Assembly: GCA_964499685.1 (NCBI GenBank)
Contig: CAZCLW010000006.1
Location: 4,011 to 68,010, forward strand
Direction: 5' to 3'
From: an uncultured Planctomycetales bacterium
GTDB taxonomy: Bacteria; Omnitrophota; Gorgyraeia; Zapsychrales; GWA2-47-8
Length of the DNA stretch: 64,000 bases
Shown piece after piece: positions 9,586 to 19,938 of this stretch. Each line of letters begins with the position of its first letter. Position 1 is the stretch's first letter. A program made the position numbers and the translations under genes. Below the pieces are notes generated by a model that was not told where the DNA came from, searched no databases, and saw nothing but the letters and a program-made list of their open reading frames with translations.

Positions 9586-10956
9586 TCAGCAAGCCTTGCT
9601 TTGATAGACGGCCGTCTGGGCGCTGCGGATACAGTCATTCATGGAGATCCCTCCAAGGTAATTTGATACCAAATAGAGACCATGCAACCGTGACATACCA
9701 GCCAGGATCGCCGGTAAATTTTCAATATAATCTAAATCATATTGTGGGATAGCCTTGGGCCAAACTTTCACCACGGTTTGAACAGGCGGCGACACGATCC
9801 CAAGCGTGGAAACCAATTCTGCCTGGGCGATCCGGGCCAGTTCGGCTGGCGGCTTTGCCGCCGTATCGGGCCTCCGGCTTCCCCCGATCATCAACCTTGC
9901 AAAAAAATAATCCGGATGCGTTCGCATGGGAAAAATATTACTGTCGAATAAGACACCTAAGATCTCTTTATTTTCGGACGACGGTATCAGGTATCCAAAA
10001 CCGCGGGGAATTTCCGCTAAATCTTTACGCACATAAAGACAACCGACAACCGCGATGGGTGCATACGGAATATTGGCCAGCGACCGGGAAAGGGCGGCGT
10101 CCTCTTGTTTGAGCATTTGGGCAGCGGCATAGGCGGGCGCGCATAAAAAGACTTGATCGGCTTCATAGTGTTCCTTCTCCGCCTGCAGCAACCAGCGATT
10201 ATTGGTACGAAAGATTGATGATACCGAAACGGAAGTTCTGATCGAACCCTTGTAGCGGTCGGAAAAAGCTTCGATGAATTGCGAGATTCCCTTCTTGAAG
10301 GACGTCAAGGCTCCCTTCGGCTGCCCCGTCATTTTGTCTTGGGATTTATTCTGCCGTCGAAGTGCGGCCATCGCCTTAAACAAGGAACCGTGGGTTTGCT
10401 CCAGCTCATAAATTCGCGGGAAGGCATAGCGCAAGACCAGCCGGTCAGCCTGACCGCCAAAGATGCCCGTGACCATGGGATCAATGAAATATTTGGCAAA
10501 ATTTCTTCCTAACCGTCGCATCGCAAACGCATACACCGTTTCATCTTTCAACTGGCCGCGGGGAATCATGATCTCCAGCAGCAGGCGCGTCTTATCTCCT
10601 GGGGACAAATGGGGGAACTTGATCAACCCGGCGGGCGTAATGGGAATCTCGGCAAGTTTGTTTTTGATGGATAAAAAACGATATTTAGACTGCTCATCCG
10701 CAACAACAAGCTCATGTTCAAGGCCAAGCTCGACCGCGGTCTGACGCAGGCTTTCTTTATTGTCCAAAAAACCATTCGGGCCTTCTTCAAAGCTATACTC
10801 GGGATAATATTGTGTATGTGCGGTACCGCCAAGATAGGAGTTCTTTTCAAGAAGCACGACATCGATCGAGCTGTCCTGGTATCGTTTTTTGAGGTGATGG
10901 AGAACGCTGAGGCCGCTTAGTCCTCCGCCGACCACTATGATCCGCTTCGCGTGCAT
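9586..10956 (-). CDS. hemY: HemY-family FAD-dependent protoporphyrinogen/coproporphyrinogen oxidase
   Basis: 456 aa with an N-terminal Rossmann motif VVGGGLSGL and an amine-oxidase-like fold. Lies next to hemE. Confidence 0.85.
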   Translation of the reverse strand: MHAKRIIVVGGGLSGLSVLHHLKKRYQDSSIDVVLLEKNSYLGGTAHTQYYPEYSFEEGPNGFLDNKESLRQTAVELGLEHELVVADEQSKYRFLSIKNKLAEIPITPAGLIKFPHLSPGDKTRLLLEIMIPRGQLKDETVYAFAMRRLGRNFAKYFIDPMVTGIFGGQADRLVLRYAFPRIYELEQTHGSLFKAMAALRRQNKSQDKMTGQPKGALTSFKKGISQFIEAFSDRYKGSIRTSVSVSSIFRTNNRWLLQAEKEHYEADQVFLCAPAYAAAQMLKQEDAALSRSLANIPYAPIAVVGCLYVRKDLAEIPRGFGYLIPSSENKEILGVLFDSNIFPMRTHPDYFFARLMIGGSRRPDTAAKPPAELARIAQAELVSTLGIVSPPVQTVVKVWPKAIPQYDLDYIENLPAILAGMSRLHGLYLVSNYLGGISMNDCIRSAQTAVYQSKAC

Positions 10957-12029
10957 TACTCTGCATTCCGCCAGGGAAAACGATGTACAAGTTCCGAAAT
11001 AAAACGAAGCTTATCGGGTTCAACGTCCGGAAAGACGCCGTGGCTTAAGTTAAAAATATACTTTTTGTATGACCGGGCCGCCTCAAGGATCTTCAGCGTC
11101 TCCTTCTCCAAAAAGTCATAATCGGCATACAGCAAGACATTATGTAAATTTCCCTGAATGCCTTTCCCGGATTCTTTCAACAGGCCGTTATCGGCAAAAT
11201 CTACGGTTTGGCAGACAGAAATAAAATCCGCCTCTATTCTGACTACTTCTTTCATGAGATGGCAGGCATTTTTCAAATAATAAATGGACGGGATATTGAC
11301 CGACTTAAATATTTCCTGAACATAGGGCCAACCAAATTCCAGATATTCCTGGCGTGACATGATCCCTCCCCATGTGTCGAAGACCTGGAAAGCCTTGATC
11401 CCCGCGCCTTGCTGCATTTTAAAATATCGTACGGTATTTTCCGTTAATTTTTTTAGTAGGGCGTGGAACTTGTCAGGGTGTTGAAGCAGAAAACGGAAGG
11501 TTTTAGAAAAATTAAGGCTAGAACCGCCATCGATCAAATAACAGGCTAACGTAAACGGAGAGCCGGCAAATCCGATCAAAGGAACATCGACCGGCAATTT
11601 TTGGTTCGTCAGCTTTATCGCCGTTTCGATATGGGCAAGACGGTCAAAATCGTGGACCTTCTGCACATCGCTTGGGGCCTGGATAGGATTGCCGATAATG
11701 GGGCCATGTTTGTTGTCAAACCGGATATCAAATCCCATCGCCGCCGGTAGAGTCAGGATATCGGCAAACAATATCGCGGCATCAACATTGAGATATCCGA
11801 CCGGTTGACAGGTGACCTGCGCGACAATCTCCGGTTCGCCGAACATTTCTTGGAGGGAATATTTCTTGCGGACATCCTGATAGGCGGGCAAATAGCGCCC
11901 GGCTTGACGCATGAACCAGACGGGAACGCGCTTGTTTGTCCCCTCGAATGCCTGCAGAAAAAGCGACCCTGTTGTCTTTAAACCGTTCGCGAAAATCGCC
12001 TGTGTCCCTTCTGTTGACGCAAATACCAA
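10956..12029 (-). CDS. hemE: Uroporphyrinogen decarboxylase
   Basis: Contains ...VPVWFMRQAGRYLPAY..., the hallmark of uroporphyrinogen decarboxylase. The track start is a TTG that overlaps hemN. Confidence 0.9.
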   Translation of the reverse strand: MVFASTEGTQAIFANGLKTTGSLFLQAFEGTNKRVPVWFMRQAGRYLPAYQDVRKKYSLQEMFGEPEIVAQVTCQPVGYLNVDAAILFADILTLPAAMGFDIRFDNKHGPIIGNPIQAPSDVQKVHDFDRLAHIETAIKLTNQKLPVDVPLIGFAGSPFTLACYLIDGGSSLNFSKTFRFLLQHPDKFHALLKKLTENTVRYFKMQQGAGIKAFQVFDTWGGIMSRQEYLEFGWPYVQEIFKSVNIPSIYYLKNACHLMKEVVRIEADFISVCQTVDFADNGLLKESGKGIQGNLHNVLLYADYDFLEKETLKILEAARSYKKYIFNLSHGVFPDVEPDKLRFISELVHRFPWRNAE

Positions 12030-13345
12030 TCAAAGCCCATGCAGACATTCCGGATAAAAAACTTTCCTAATTCCGTAACCTCGACCAAACTGCCGTTTAA
12101 AGCCAAAAGGCCGTCTTGAACACACTGTCCAAGGTGTTCTTTCTCATCCGCAAAATAATCATCGAATTCACATTGAAAGATATGGCGAAAGATGGATTTA
12201 TCTACCCGAAATTGACACATCAGCGAATTAATGACCCACTGGCGCTTTTTATCATCGGCGGAAAGCACTTTCCCGCGCTCAACGGGAATCTCATTTTTTT
12301 CCAGGGCCGCGTAATAATCGCGAAGTGTTTTGTGATTCTGGATATACGTATTCTCAAGAAAGCCGATGGAAGTTATGCCAAAACCCACATATTCATCAGC
12401 CGGCTTAACGGTGTAACCCATAAAATTGCGGTATAGTTTTCCGTCGTAAAACGCGCGAGAAAGCTCATCATCTTTCAGGGCAAAGTGATCCATGGCAATG
12501 GCCTCATATCCACCTTCCAGAAAAGCGCTGCGGGCATGCAAAAAGATATCCAGTTTGAGGTCATTGGTCGGAAGCGATGACTGGTCGATCTTCTGTTGAT
12601 GTTTTTTAAGCCAGGGGACATACGCAAAACTGTATAAAGCAATGCGGTCCGGACGCAACAAGATCGTCTTGGAAACGGTGTCTCGAAAACTTTTGACAGT
12701 TTGATACGGCAGGCCGTAAACGAGATCAAAATTAACCGATTTGAACCCCAACTCACGGCACCAGTCATTAAATTCCCTGACCATGTCAAAGGGCTGCAAA
12801 CGGTTGACGGCTTGTTGTACCCGGGGGTCAAAATCCTGCACACCCATGGACACACGGTTAAACCCGAGGCTTCTTAAGTGTTTGACTTTATTTTTGCTGA
12901 TAGTGCGCGGGTCGATCTCAATGGCGATCTCGCCATTAAAATCAACATTGAAATACCTGTTGATTGCCGTAAATAATTTTTCAATTTGCTCTTCGTTCAA
13001 GAACGTCGGGGTCCCTCCTCCCCAGTGCAACTGCAAGACCTTATGCTTCTTTCCCAGCTGCCGATAAACAAGCTCCATCTCCCGAAAAAGATAGATCAGA
13101 TATTCATCCGCATATTTGGCATCCGCAGGCCGAATGAGAACATTACAAGCGCAAAAGGAGCACATGCTGCGGCAAAACGGGATGTGAAAATACAGCGACA
13201 GTGTCTTGTCCGAGCTGAAATTTTTCAATTTTTCCGAATATGCCAGGGCCTCAGAACTATCCGACCATTCCGGCGCCGTGGGATAGCTTGTATAGCGGGG
13301 ACCGCTGACATCAAATTTAATAATGGTTTCTCTCGTAATATTCAT
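11978..13345 (-). CDS. hemN: Oxygen-independent coproporphyrinogen III oxidase (radical SAM)
   Basis: 455 aa with GPRYTSYPTA and a CxxxCxxC motif (CRSMCSFC). ATG start verified. Confidence 0.85.
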   Translation of the reverse strand: MNITRETIIKFDVSGPRYTSYPTAPEWSDSSEALAYSEKLKNFSSDKTLSLYFHIPFCRSMCSFCACNVLIRPADAKYADEYLIYLFREMELVYRQLGKKHKVLQLHWGGGTPTFLNEEQIEKLFTAINRYFNVDFNGEIAIEIDPRTISKNKVKHLRSLGFNRVSMGVQDFDPRVQQAVNRLQPFDMVREFNDWCRELGFKSVNFDLVYGLPYQTVKSFRDTVSKTILLRPDRIALYSFAYVPWLKKHQQKIDQSSLPTNDLKLDIFLHARSAFLEGGYEAIAMDHFALKDDELSRAFYDGKLYRNFMGYTVKPADEYVGFGITSIGFLENTYIQNHKTLRDYYAALEKNEIPVERGKVLSADDKKRQWVINSLMCQFRVDKSIFRHIFQCEFDDYFADEKEHLGQCVQDGLLALNGSLVEVTELGKFFIRNVCMGFDWYLRQQKGHRRFSRTV

Positions 13346-13369
13346 TGATTAAAGTGAAAACCGTCTAAA

Positions 13370-14125
13370 TTATCGTTCGGTGTTGGCGCGAAGAAATTCG
13401 CGGTTCATGCGGGCGATCGTGGCAACACTGATCTGTTTGGGACAGGCTGCTTCACACTCATATTCGTTGGAGCAGTTACCAAAGCCTTCCTCGTCCATTT
13501 TTTTGACCATCTTGAGCACACGCGCCTTGGCTTCGATCTGGCCTTGCGGCAGCAGACTCAAATGGCTCGCTTTGGCCGCCACAAAAAGCATGGCGGAGGC
13601 ATTAGGACAAGCGGCCACACAGGCCCCGCAGCCGATACAGGAAGCGGAATCCATGGATTTTTCGGCATCATCTTTTTTAACGGGAATGGTATTGGCCTCG
13701 GGTGCAGAACCGGTCTTGACGGTCACATAGCCCCCGCTCTTTATCACGCGGTCAAAAGCCGAACGGTCGACCGCAAGATCTTTAATAAGCGGGAAACCCT
13801 TGGCGCGCCAGGGTTCGACAACAATGAATGCATTATTTTTAAAATGCCGCATATGCAATTGGCATAAAGTCGTTCCTCTGACCGGTCCGTGTGCCTGGCC
13901 GTTCACCATGGCGCCGCATGTCCCGCAAATGCCCTCGCGGCAATCATGATCAAAAGCTACCGGGTCCTTCCCCTCTTTGATCAACCGCTGATTGAGGACG
14001 TCAAGCATTTCCAGGAAGGACATGGCCGTATCGATCCCCTGGAGTTTATACGTTTCGAATTTTCCGACTGAGCGTGAATTCTTTTGGCGCCAGATTTTTA
14101 ATGTCAGATTGATCTTCTTATCCAT
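13370..14125 (-). CDS. sdhB: Succinate dehydrogenase/fumarate reductase iron-sulfur subunit
   Basis: 251 aa with 2Fe-2S and 4Fe-4S cysteine clusters ([22 protein letters not shown]). Confidence 0.9.
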   Translation of the reverse strand: MDKKINLTLKIWRQKNSRSVGKFETYKLQGIDTAMSFLEMLDVLNQRLIKEGKDPVAFDHDCREGICGTCGAMVNGQAHGPVRGTTLCQLHMRHFKNNAFIVVEPWRAKGFPLIKDLAVDRSAFDRVIKSGGYVTVKTGSAPEANTIPVKKDDAEKSMDSASCIGCGACVAACPNASAMLFVAAKASHLSLLPQGQIEAKARVLKMVKKMDEEGFGNCSNEYECEAACPKQISVATIARMNREFLRANTER

Positions 14126-14129
14126 GATG

Positions 14130-14372
14130 TTATTCTTTATCCATCTCTTTCAAAGTTTGTTCATCCAGAGGCTTTGTGGAATCTTCCAATTTATACGCGT
14201 GATGCATCTGGCGCACCGCGCTGGAAATGACCAGGCCGCCGACGGCCGACAAGGTCAACAGCAGCTTTTTATCCACTGCCGGAGTGGTCGCCGTATAAAT
14301 GAACACGCCGATGAACTGTATGACACAAATCGCGTAAACGGCCAGAACACACTTTTCTCCGGTAGTTTTCAT
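14130..14372 (-). CDS. Small 2-TM membrane protein embedded in the sdh operon
   Basis: 80 aa. The ATG at 14370-14372 overlaps the sdhA stop as TAATG, and the gene ends 4 nt before the sdhB start. Two hydrophobic helices. Confidence 0.5.
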   Translation of the reverse strand: MKTTGEKCVLAVYAICVIQFIGVFIYTATTPAVDKKLLLTLSAVGGLVISSAVRQMHHAYKLEDSTKPLDEQTLKEMDKE

Positions 14373-16285
14373 TATTTATAATTCCGTTGGGCCAAACCTA
14401 CTTCTTCGAAGACCAATGGTTCCTTTTGCAGCACTGGTTCGCTATTAACCCCGTTGAATTGCCATGCGGCCACATAGGAAAAATTAACGTCGTCGCGCAG
14501 GGCCTCCCCGTCCTTGGTCTGGTGCTCCTCGCGAAAATGACCCCCGCAAGACTCGCGGCGATGCAAGGCATCCCGGACCAAAAGTTCGGAAAATTCCAAA
14601 TAATCAGCCACGCGGCCGGCCTTTTCCAGCTCCTGATTTAACTCTTCGCCGTTTCCGGTCACCTTAAGGTCCTGCCAAAACTCCTCTCGCAATGTTGAGA
14701 CCTCACCCAATGCTTCTTTGAGGCCTTTTTCCTGACGGGACATGCCGCATTTATCCCACAATAAATGCCCTAACTTTTTATGCAGCGCATCGACGCTTTG
14801 GCGACCGTTGATGGCCAAAAGCCGTTGAGTGACCTGCGCGACATGAGCTTCCGTTTCGCGGAACATCGCGTGATCAGCCAAATTTTTGGGGACCGGCGAA
14901 CAACCTGCCAGATAATCCCCTATGGTATAAGGCAAAATAAAATATCCGTCGGCAAGGCCCTGCATAAGCGCGCTCGCGCCCAGGCGGTTGGCGCCATGAT
15001 CCGAAAAATTCGCTTCGCCAATAACGAATAATCCCCGAAGATTGCTCATTAAATTATAATCCACCCACAAGCCGCCCATCGTATAATGCGGCGCCGGATA
15101 GATCATCATCGGTACCTGATAGGGATCATCGCCGGTTATCTTTTCATACATTTCGAACAAATTTCCGTACCGTTCGCGGATCGTCTCGGCGCCCAGGCGC
15201 TTGATCGCCTCCGAAAAATCCAGATAAACAGCTAATCCGGTCGCACCCACGCCGCGGCCTTGGTCGCATTGCTCTTTGGCGCTGCGGGAAGCGATATCGC
15301 GCGGGACCAAATTTCCGAATCCGGGATATTTTCTTTCCAAAAAATAATCACGATCCGCCTCCGGGATCTCCAGCGGTTTTCGTTTATCGCCCTGACTTTT
15401 AGGCACCCAAACCCGGCCGTCATTGCGAAGGCTCTCGCTCATTAAAGTCAATTTACTTTGATAATCTCCGTGGACCGGAATGCACGTCGGGTGGATCTGC
15501 GTAAAACAGGGATTGGCAAAACAGGCGCCTTTTTTATATGCCCGCCAGATTGCGGTCGCATTGCACGCCTTGGCGTTGGTGGAAAGATAATAAACGGTGC
15601 TGTACCCGCCGGTTGCCAAAACAACGGCATCCGCCGCATGCGATTGAACTTTTCCTGTGACCAGATCACGCGCCACGATGCCCTTGGCTTCACCGTCAAT
15701 AACAACGAGATCAAGCATTTCATGCCGGGAATATATTTGAACATTTCCGGTCGCCGCTTCTTTCATCAGCGCGCCATAGGCGCCCAGCAAAAGCTGCTGA
15801 CCCGTCTGGCCGCGGGCATAAAAGGTGCGTGAAACCTGTGCGCCGCCGAAAGAACGGTTAGAAAGATAACCGCTGTATTCTCTCGCAAACGGAACGCCTT
15901 GCGCCACGCATTGGTCGATAATGTAATTGCTGATTTCTGCCAGGCGGTAGACATTGGCCTCGCGGGAACGGAAATCTCCGCCTTTAATTGTATCGTAAAA
16001 AAGCCTTTCGATGCTGTCACCGTCATTCGGATAGTTCTTGGCGGCGTTGATACCTCCCTGGGCGGCGATACTGTGGGCCCGGCGGGGACTGTCCTGTATA
16101 CAGAACACCTTGACTTGGTAGCCTAATTCAGAAAGCGAAGCGGCTGCCGAGCTTCCGGCCAAGCCGGTTCCCACCACAATGACCTGGAATTTCCGCTTAT
16201 TCGCAGGATTCACCAAGCGGATCTTGGACTTGTGCTTTGTCCATTTATCTTTGAGCGGACCTGATGGTATTTTGGCATCTAGCAT
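14372..16285 (-). CDS. sdhA: Succinate dehydrogenase/fumarate reductase flavoprotein subunit
   Basis: FAD-binding motif [12 protein letters not shown] and a large flavoprotein. I chose the ATG at 16283-16285 (MLDAKIP...); the track's 16318 is a TTG that overlaps sdhC. Confidence 0.9.
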   Translation of the reverse strand: MLDAKIPSGPLKDKWTKHKSKIRLVNPANKRKFQVIVVGTGLAGSSAAASLSELGYQVKVFCIQDSPRRAHSIAAQGGINAAKNYPNDGDSIERLFYDTIKGGDFRSREANVYRLAEISNYIIDQCVAQGVPFAREYSGYLSNRSFGGAQVSRTFYARGQTGQQLLLGAYGALMKEAATGNVQIYSRHEMLDLVVIDGEAKGIVARDLVTGKVQSHAADAVVLATGGYSTVYYLSTNAKACNATAIWRAYKKGACFANPCFTQIHPTCIPVHGDYQSKLTLMSESLRNDGRVWVPKSQGDKRKPLEIPEADRDYFLERKYPGFGNLVPRDIASRSAKEQCDQGRGVGATGLAVYLDFSEAIKRLGAETIRERYGNLFEMYEKITGDDPYQVPMMIYPAPHYTMGGLWVDYNLMSNLRGLFVIGEANFSDHGANRLGASALMQGLADGYFILPYTIGDYLAGCSPVPKNLADHAMFRETEAHVAQVTQRLLAINGRQSVDALHKKLGHLLWDKCGMSRQEKGLKEALGEVSTLREEFWQDLKVTGNGEELNQELEKAGRVADYLEFSELLVRDALHRRESCGGHFREEHQTKDGEALRDDVNFSYVAAWQFNGVNSEPVLQKEPLVFEEVGLAQRNYK

Positions 16286-16289
16286 AAAT

Positions 16290-16982
16290 TTACCAAGCCG
16301 TGAAACGATGGCTATCAATTAAAACATATAGGGGAATACTGCAATAGCCCAGGGTGATGGCAACCGAGATAAACTGGCTGAAGAACCTCACCTTAGACGC
16401 ATAATGAAGACTGTTAAAGCCGAATGTCTGCATAAAACTCTCAATGCCGTGATATAAATGCGCCCCAACACAGATCATAGCGAGAATATACAGGCTGCTG
16501 TGTATCGGATCGCGGAAGGCGTTATAAACTACACCGTATAATCCATAGCTTTGTCCGTCCGGGAGGACGCTTCTGGGCCCATGATGATCAATAAATGTAA
16601 AATCCAATAAATGCCAGATAACAAAAAGCAGGATAAATGTTCCCGTGTACGGCATAAGGCGCGTTGCCAAGGAACGCTCCCCTACTGAGTGGAATGCCGC
16701 GTAGGGTTGATGCCCCCGGGCCCGGATGTTTTCCAGGACTAAAAGAGCCGTCACATACATATGGACCAAAAAGACGAATAAAAGGCCTATCTCGATCAGA
16801 TAAAGGCCGGGACGCAAATCCGCGAGCTTCTTGGCATACGTGTTATAAAGGGTCGGCCCGGCATAGATAAACAGGTTTCCGGCCAAATGGACGATCACAT
16901 ACACAATAAGCGCGAGGCCGGTCAAGGCCACCAATTGCTTTCGCCCGATGGAAGAGTTCAAAAAGAAAGGATAATTATTCAT
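16290..16982 (-). CDS. sdhC: Succinate dehydrogenase/fumarate reductase cytochrome b subunit (single-anchor type B)
   Basis: 230 aa with 5 predicted TM helices and conserved His residues. Sits upstream of sdhA. Confidence 0.8.
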   Translation of the reverse strand: MNNYPFFLNSSIGRKQLVALTGLALIVYVIVHLAGNLFIYAGPTLYNTYAKKLADLRPGLYLIEIGLLFVFLVHMYVTALLVLENIRARGHQPYAAFHSVGERSLATRLMPYTGTFILLFVIWHLLDFTFIDHHGPRSVLPDGQSYGLYGVVYNAFRDPIHSSLYILAMICVGAHLYHGIESFMQTFGFNSLHYASKVRFFSQFISVAITLGYCSIPLYVLIDSHRFTAW

Positions 16983-17027
16983 CGATAAGGAAGATTAAAA
17001 CATCGCAACCAATTAGATTGTAAAGGA

Positions 17028-17036
17028 TTATATCAC
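17028..17036 (-). promoter_or_regulatory. Extended -10 element (TGaTATAAT), candidate promoter of sdhC-sdhA-(80-aa ORF)-sdhB
   Basis: The minus strand reads ...cttGTGATATAATcc... about 46 nt upstream of the sdhC start codon. Confidence 0.35.
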
Positions 17037-17216
17037 AAGAAAACTTCTTTGCGCCTAACTTTTTGCTTACTTTTGCGGGGAAGAATCCGGGGGAGGGCGA
17101 AGCGGTGAAGGTTTACGGACAGCCCGGATTTTATCCTGTCTGATCATCCGCTGTTCACGGACAACGCGGGAAATATTTTTCTGGCGGTTATTAAATTGCC
17201 CTTTGGCCATTCTGTT

Positions 17217-17963
17217 CTAACCCTTTAGATATGATTCAACGGTTCCAAAAAACCCATCTATATCCTCCTGAGCGCTTATGGCGACATTGGGCAGCGGTAA
17301 ATCAACCGGGCTCATGTTGACAATGACAATCTCGCCCCGGACGCAATGCGGGATCATGGCGGCCGGATAGACAACACAGGAAGTCCCGATAATAAAAAAT
17401 AGATCGACATCCTCTGCCAGAGCGTACGATTCATCCAGAAATTTTACGCTTTCGCCGAAGAACACGATATCCGGCTTTATACAGCCGCCACAGAGACACC
17501 GCGGAACGTCCTCTCCGGTGAGCTTTTCACATACCTGATCATAGGAAAAATGCTTCTCGCAATCCTGACAAAAACTGTCCTCAAAACTTCCGTGCAATTC
17601 AAAAACACTTTCCGAACCGGCACGCTGATGAAGGCAATCGATATTCTGGGTTATGACACCCTTTAGCTTTCCCTCTTTTTCCAGAGAATTGAGGAAAGAA
17701 TGCGCCGAAGTGGGCTTTATGGTCTTCAATAAGCCCGTAAAGTCACGCGCAAACTGGAAGAACGGCTTGGGATCGCTCATAAAATAATTAATATCGAAAA
17801 CGGTTTCAGGGTCGTACTGGCGGGTCACATACAGCCCTTGCGGGCCGCGGAAATCCGGTATGCCGGCACTGGTGGATATGCCCGCACCGGTCAAGGCAGC
17901 GATCGATTTGGCTTTTTTGATAAGCTCGGCGCACCGCTGGGCGTTTTGGTTATGCTTCGTCAT
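17217..17963 (-). CDS. cobB: NAD-dependent protein deacylase (Sir2 family)
   Basis: GAGISTSAGIPDFRG motif and a Zn-binding CxxC...CxxC arrangement. Confidence 0.9.
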   Translation of the reverse strand: MTKHNQNAQRCAELIKKAKSIAALTGAGISTSAGIPDFRGPQGLYVTRQYDPETVFDINYFMSDPKPFFQFARDFTGLLKTIKPTSAHSFLNSLEKEGKLKGVITQNIDCLHQRAGSESVFELHGSFEDSFCQDCEKHFSYDQVCEKLTGEDVPRCLCGGCIKPDIVFFGESVKFLDESYALAEDVDLFFIIGTSCVVYPAAMIPHCVRGEIVIVNMSPVDLPLPNVAISAQEDIDGFFGTVESYLKG

Positions 17964-19911
17964 ATTTTTTCTTGAGCGATTCGATCACGCTGGCATCGGC
18001 TAGCGTTGTCACGTCGCCCAAGGCTCGGCCTTCGCCGACATCGCGCAAAAGCCGGCGCATAATCTTCCCGCTTCTGGTTTTAGGCACATCAACGGTAAAA
18101 ATAACGCTTTTGGGTCGGGCAATGGCGCCTATTTTTTCGGCCACATGGGATTTTAAGGTTTCTTCCGCCTCTTTTGTGGGCTCATTCCCTTCTTTTAAAA
18201 TTACAAAAGCGGCAATGGCCTGACCTTTTACTTCATCGGTTATCCCGACCACGGCGGCCTCCGCGACCATGGGATGATCGACCAGGGCGCTTTCTACTTC
18301 GGTCGTTGAGATGTTGTGTCCGGCGACCAGCATAATGTCATCGACGCGGCCTAAAAGCCAGAGATAGCGGTCTTCATCGCGCTTTACCCCGTCACCCGGA
18401 AAATAAACATCTCCGCCCCAGCGGCTCCAATATGTTTTTTTATACCGTTCGGGATCACCGTGGATACCCCGCAGCATGGACGGCCATGGACTGGTGATCG
18501 CCAAATATCCTCCGCCGACATCCACTTTCTTGCCCTCCTCGGTCAGGATGGCAACGTCGATGCCCGGAAGGGCCTTTGTCGCCGAGCCCGGCTTTTGCGG
18601 CGTGATGGCCGGAAGCGGGGAAATAAGAATGCTTCCCGTTTCCGTTTGCCACCAGGTATCGACAATGGGGCAATTCTCGCGGCCGATGTATTTGTAATAC
18701 CAAACCCAAGCTTCCGGATTGATCGGCTCGCCCACGCTTCCCAAGAGCCGCAGGCTGGAGAGATCGCACCCTTCCGGCCATTTTGTCCCCCACTTCATGA
18801 ATGCGCGGATGGCCGTGGGTGCCGTATACAGAATGGTCGCTTTATACTTTTCGATAAGTTTCCAAAAACGGTCGCGCTGCGGAAAGTCTGGAGCCCCTTC
18901 ATACATGATCTGTGTAGCTGCATTCGCCATGGGACCGTAGGCAATATAGCTGTGACCGGTAACCCAGCCCACATCCGCGGTGCACCAAAAAATATCATTG
19001 GGCTTAAGGTCGAACACCCAGCTGGTCGTGTTCGTAACGCCTGTCATATATCCGCCGGTCGTATGAATAATACCTTTGGGCTTTCCTGTTGTTCCGGAAG
19101 TATACAGAATGAAAAGCTGATCTTCCGCGTCCATCTGCTCCGGCTCGCAGAATGCCTTGGCGTCTTTCATCAGATCATGGTACCAATGATCGCGGCCGCT
19201 TTTCATCTCCACCTTATTCTTCGCGCGCTCAATGACAACGACTTTTTGGATGGACGGGCTTTGAGCAACGGCCTTGTCGCCGGTTTCCTTAAGCGGGACA
19301 ACCGTTCCCCGGCGGTATCCACCGTCAGCTGTGATCAAAAGCTTTGCCTGGGCGTCATTGATGCGGTCGCGCAGCGAATCAGCACTGAAACCGCCAAAAA
19401 CAACCGTGTGCACGGCGCCGATGCGGGCGCAGGCCAACATACTGACGACCGCTTCAGGGATCATCGGCAAATAGATCGCGACCTTGTCGCCTTTCTTAAC
19501 ACCTAATGATTTTAAAGCATTGGCAAATTTATTAACGAGCGTATAAACATCTTCATATGTTAAAGTACGTTTGTCGCCAGGCTCGCCTTCCCAATAAAAA
19601 GCCACCTTATCGCTTAAGCCGGCATGGATGTGACGATCAAGACAGTTATAGCTGGCATTGAGCTTTCCGCCGACAAACCACTTCGCAAAAGGACATTTCC
19701 ATTCCAGGACTTTGTCCCATCTTTTATACCAATCCAGTTTTTCCGCGCACTTGGCCCAGAAAGCCAGGCGGTCCTTTTCCGCTTCTTTAAAAAGAGAATC
19801 ATTCTTGATGTTGGCCTGAGCCTTGAATGTACTGTTGGCTTCAAAAATTCGGTCTTCTTGAAGCAGCGCCTCCAATGTTTCGCTTTTAAGCTCTTCAGAT
19901 CTTTTAGTCAT
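17950..19911 (-). CDS. acs: Acetyl-CoA synthetase (AMP-forming)
   Basis: 653 aa with YTSGTTGKPKG and global Acs similarity. Its stop overlaps the cobB start by 14 nt. Confidence 0.95.
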   Translation of the reverse strand: MTKRSEELKSETLEALLQEDRIFEANSTFKAQANIKNDSLFKEAEKDRLAFWAKCAEKLDWYKRWDKVLEWKCPFAKWFVGGKLNASYNCLDRHIHAGLSDKVAFYWEGEPGDKRTLTYEDVYTLVNKFANALKSLGVKKGDKVAIYLPMIPEAVVSMLACARIGAVHTVVFGGFSADSLRDRINDAQAKLLITADGGYRRGTVVPLKETGDKAVAQSPSIQKVVVIERAKNKVEMKSGRDHWYHDLMKDAKAFCEPEQMDAEDQLFILYTSGTTGKPKGIIHTTGGYMTGVTNTTSWVFDLKPNDIFWCTADVGWVTGHSYIAYGPMANAATQIMYEGAPDFPQRDRFWKLIEKYKATILYTAPTAIRAFMKWGTKWPEGCDLSSLRLLGSVGEPINPEAWVWYYKYIGRENCPIVDTWWQTETGSILISPLPAITPQKPGSATKALPGIDVAILTEEGKKVDVGGGYLAITSPWPSMLRGIHGDPERYKKTYWSRWGGDVYFPGDGVKRDEDRYLWLLGRVDDIMLVAGHNISTTEVESALVDHPMVAEAAVVGITDEVKGQAIAAFVILKEGNEPTKEAEETLKSHVAEKIGAIARPKSVIFTVDVPKTRSGKIMRRLLRDVGEGRALGDVTTLADASVIESLKKKYDEA

Positions 19912-19938
19912 GACAAATGCTCCTTTTCAAGAATTAAG

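Noticed and set aside
16983-17216. tRNA, SRP RNA or 6S RNA in the sdhC-cobB gap
   Set aside because: No T-loop GTTCGA-like motif, no SRP domain IV consensus, and the gap is too short and unstructured for RNase P RNA. It is kept only as a low-interest observation.
18460-19506. 348-aa plus-strand ORF, and many other 60-180-aa ORFs antisense to long genes (for example 8082..8594, 39663..40187, 55508..56050)
   Set aside because: They are entirely embedded antisense in well-supported genes (acs, moeA/mobA, pepA, cysN). They are Arg/Gly/Pro-rich with low complexity, which is typical of spurious shadow ORFs.
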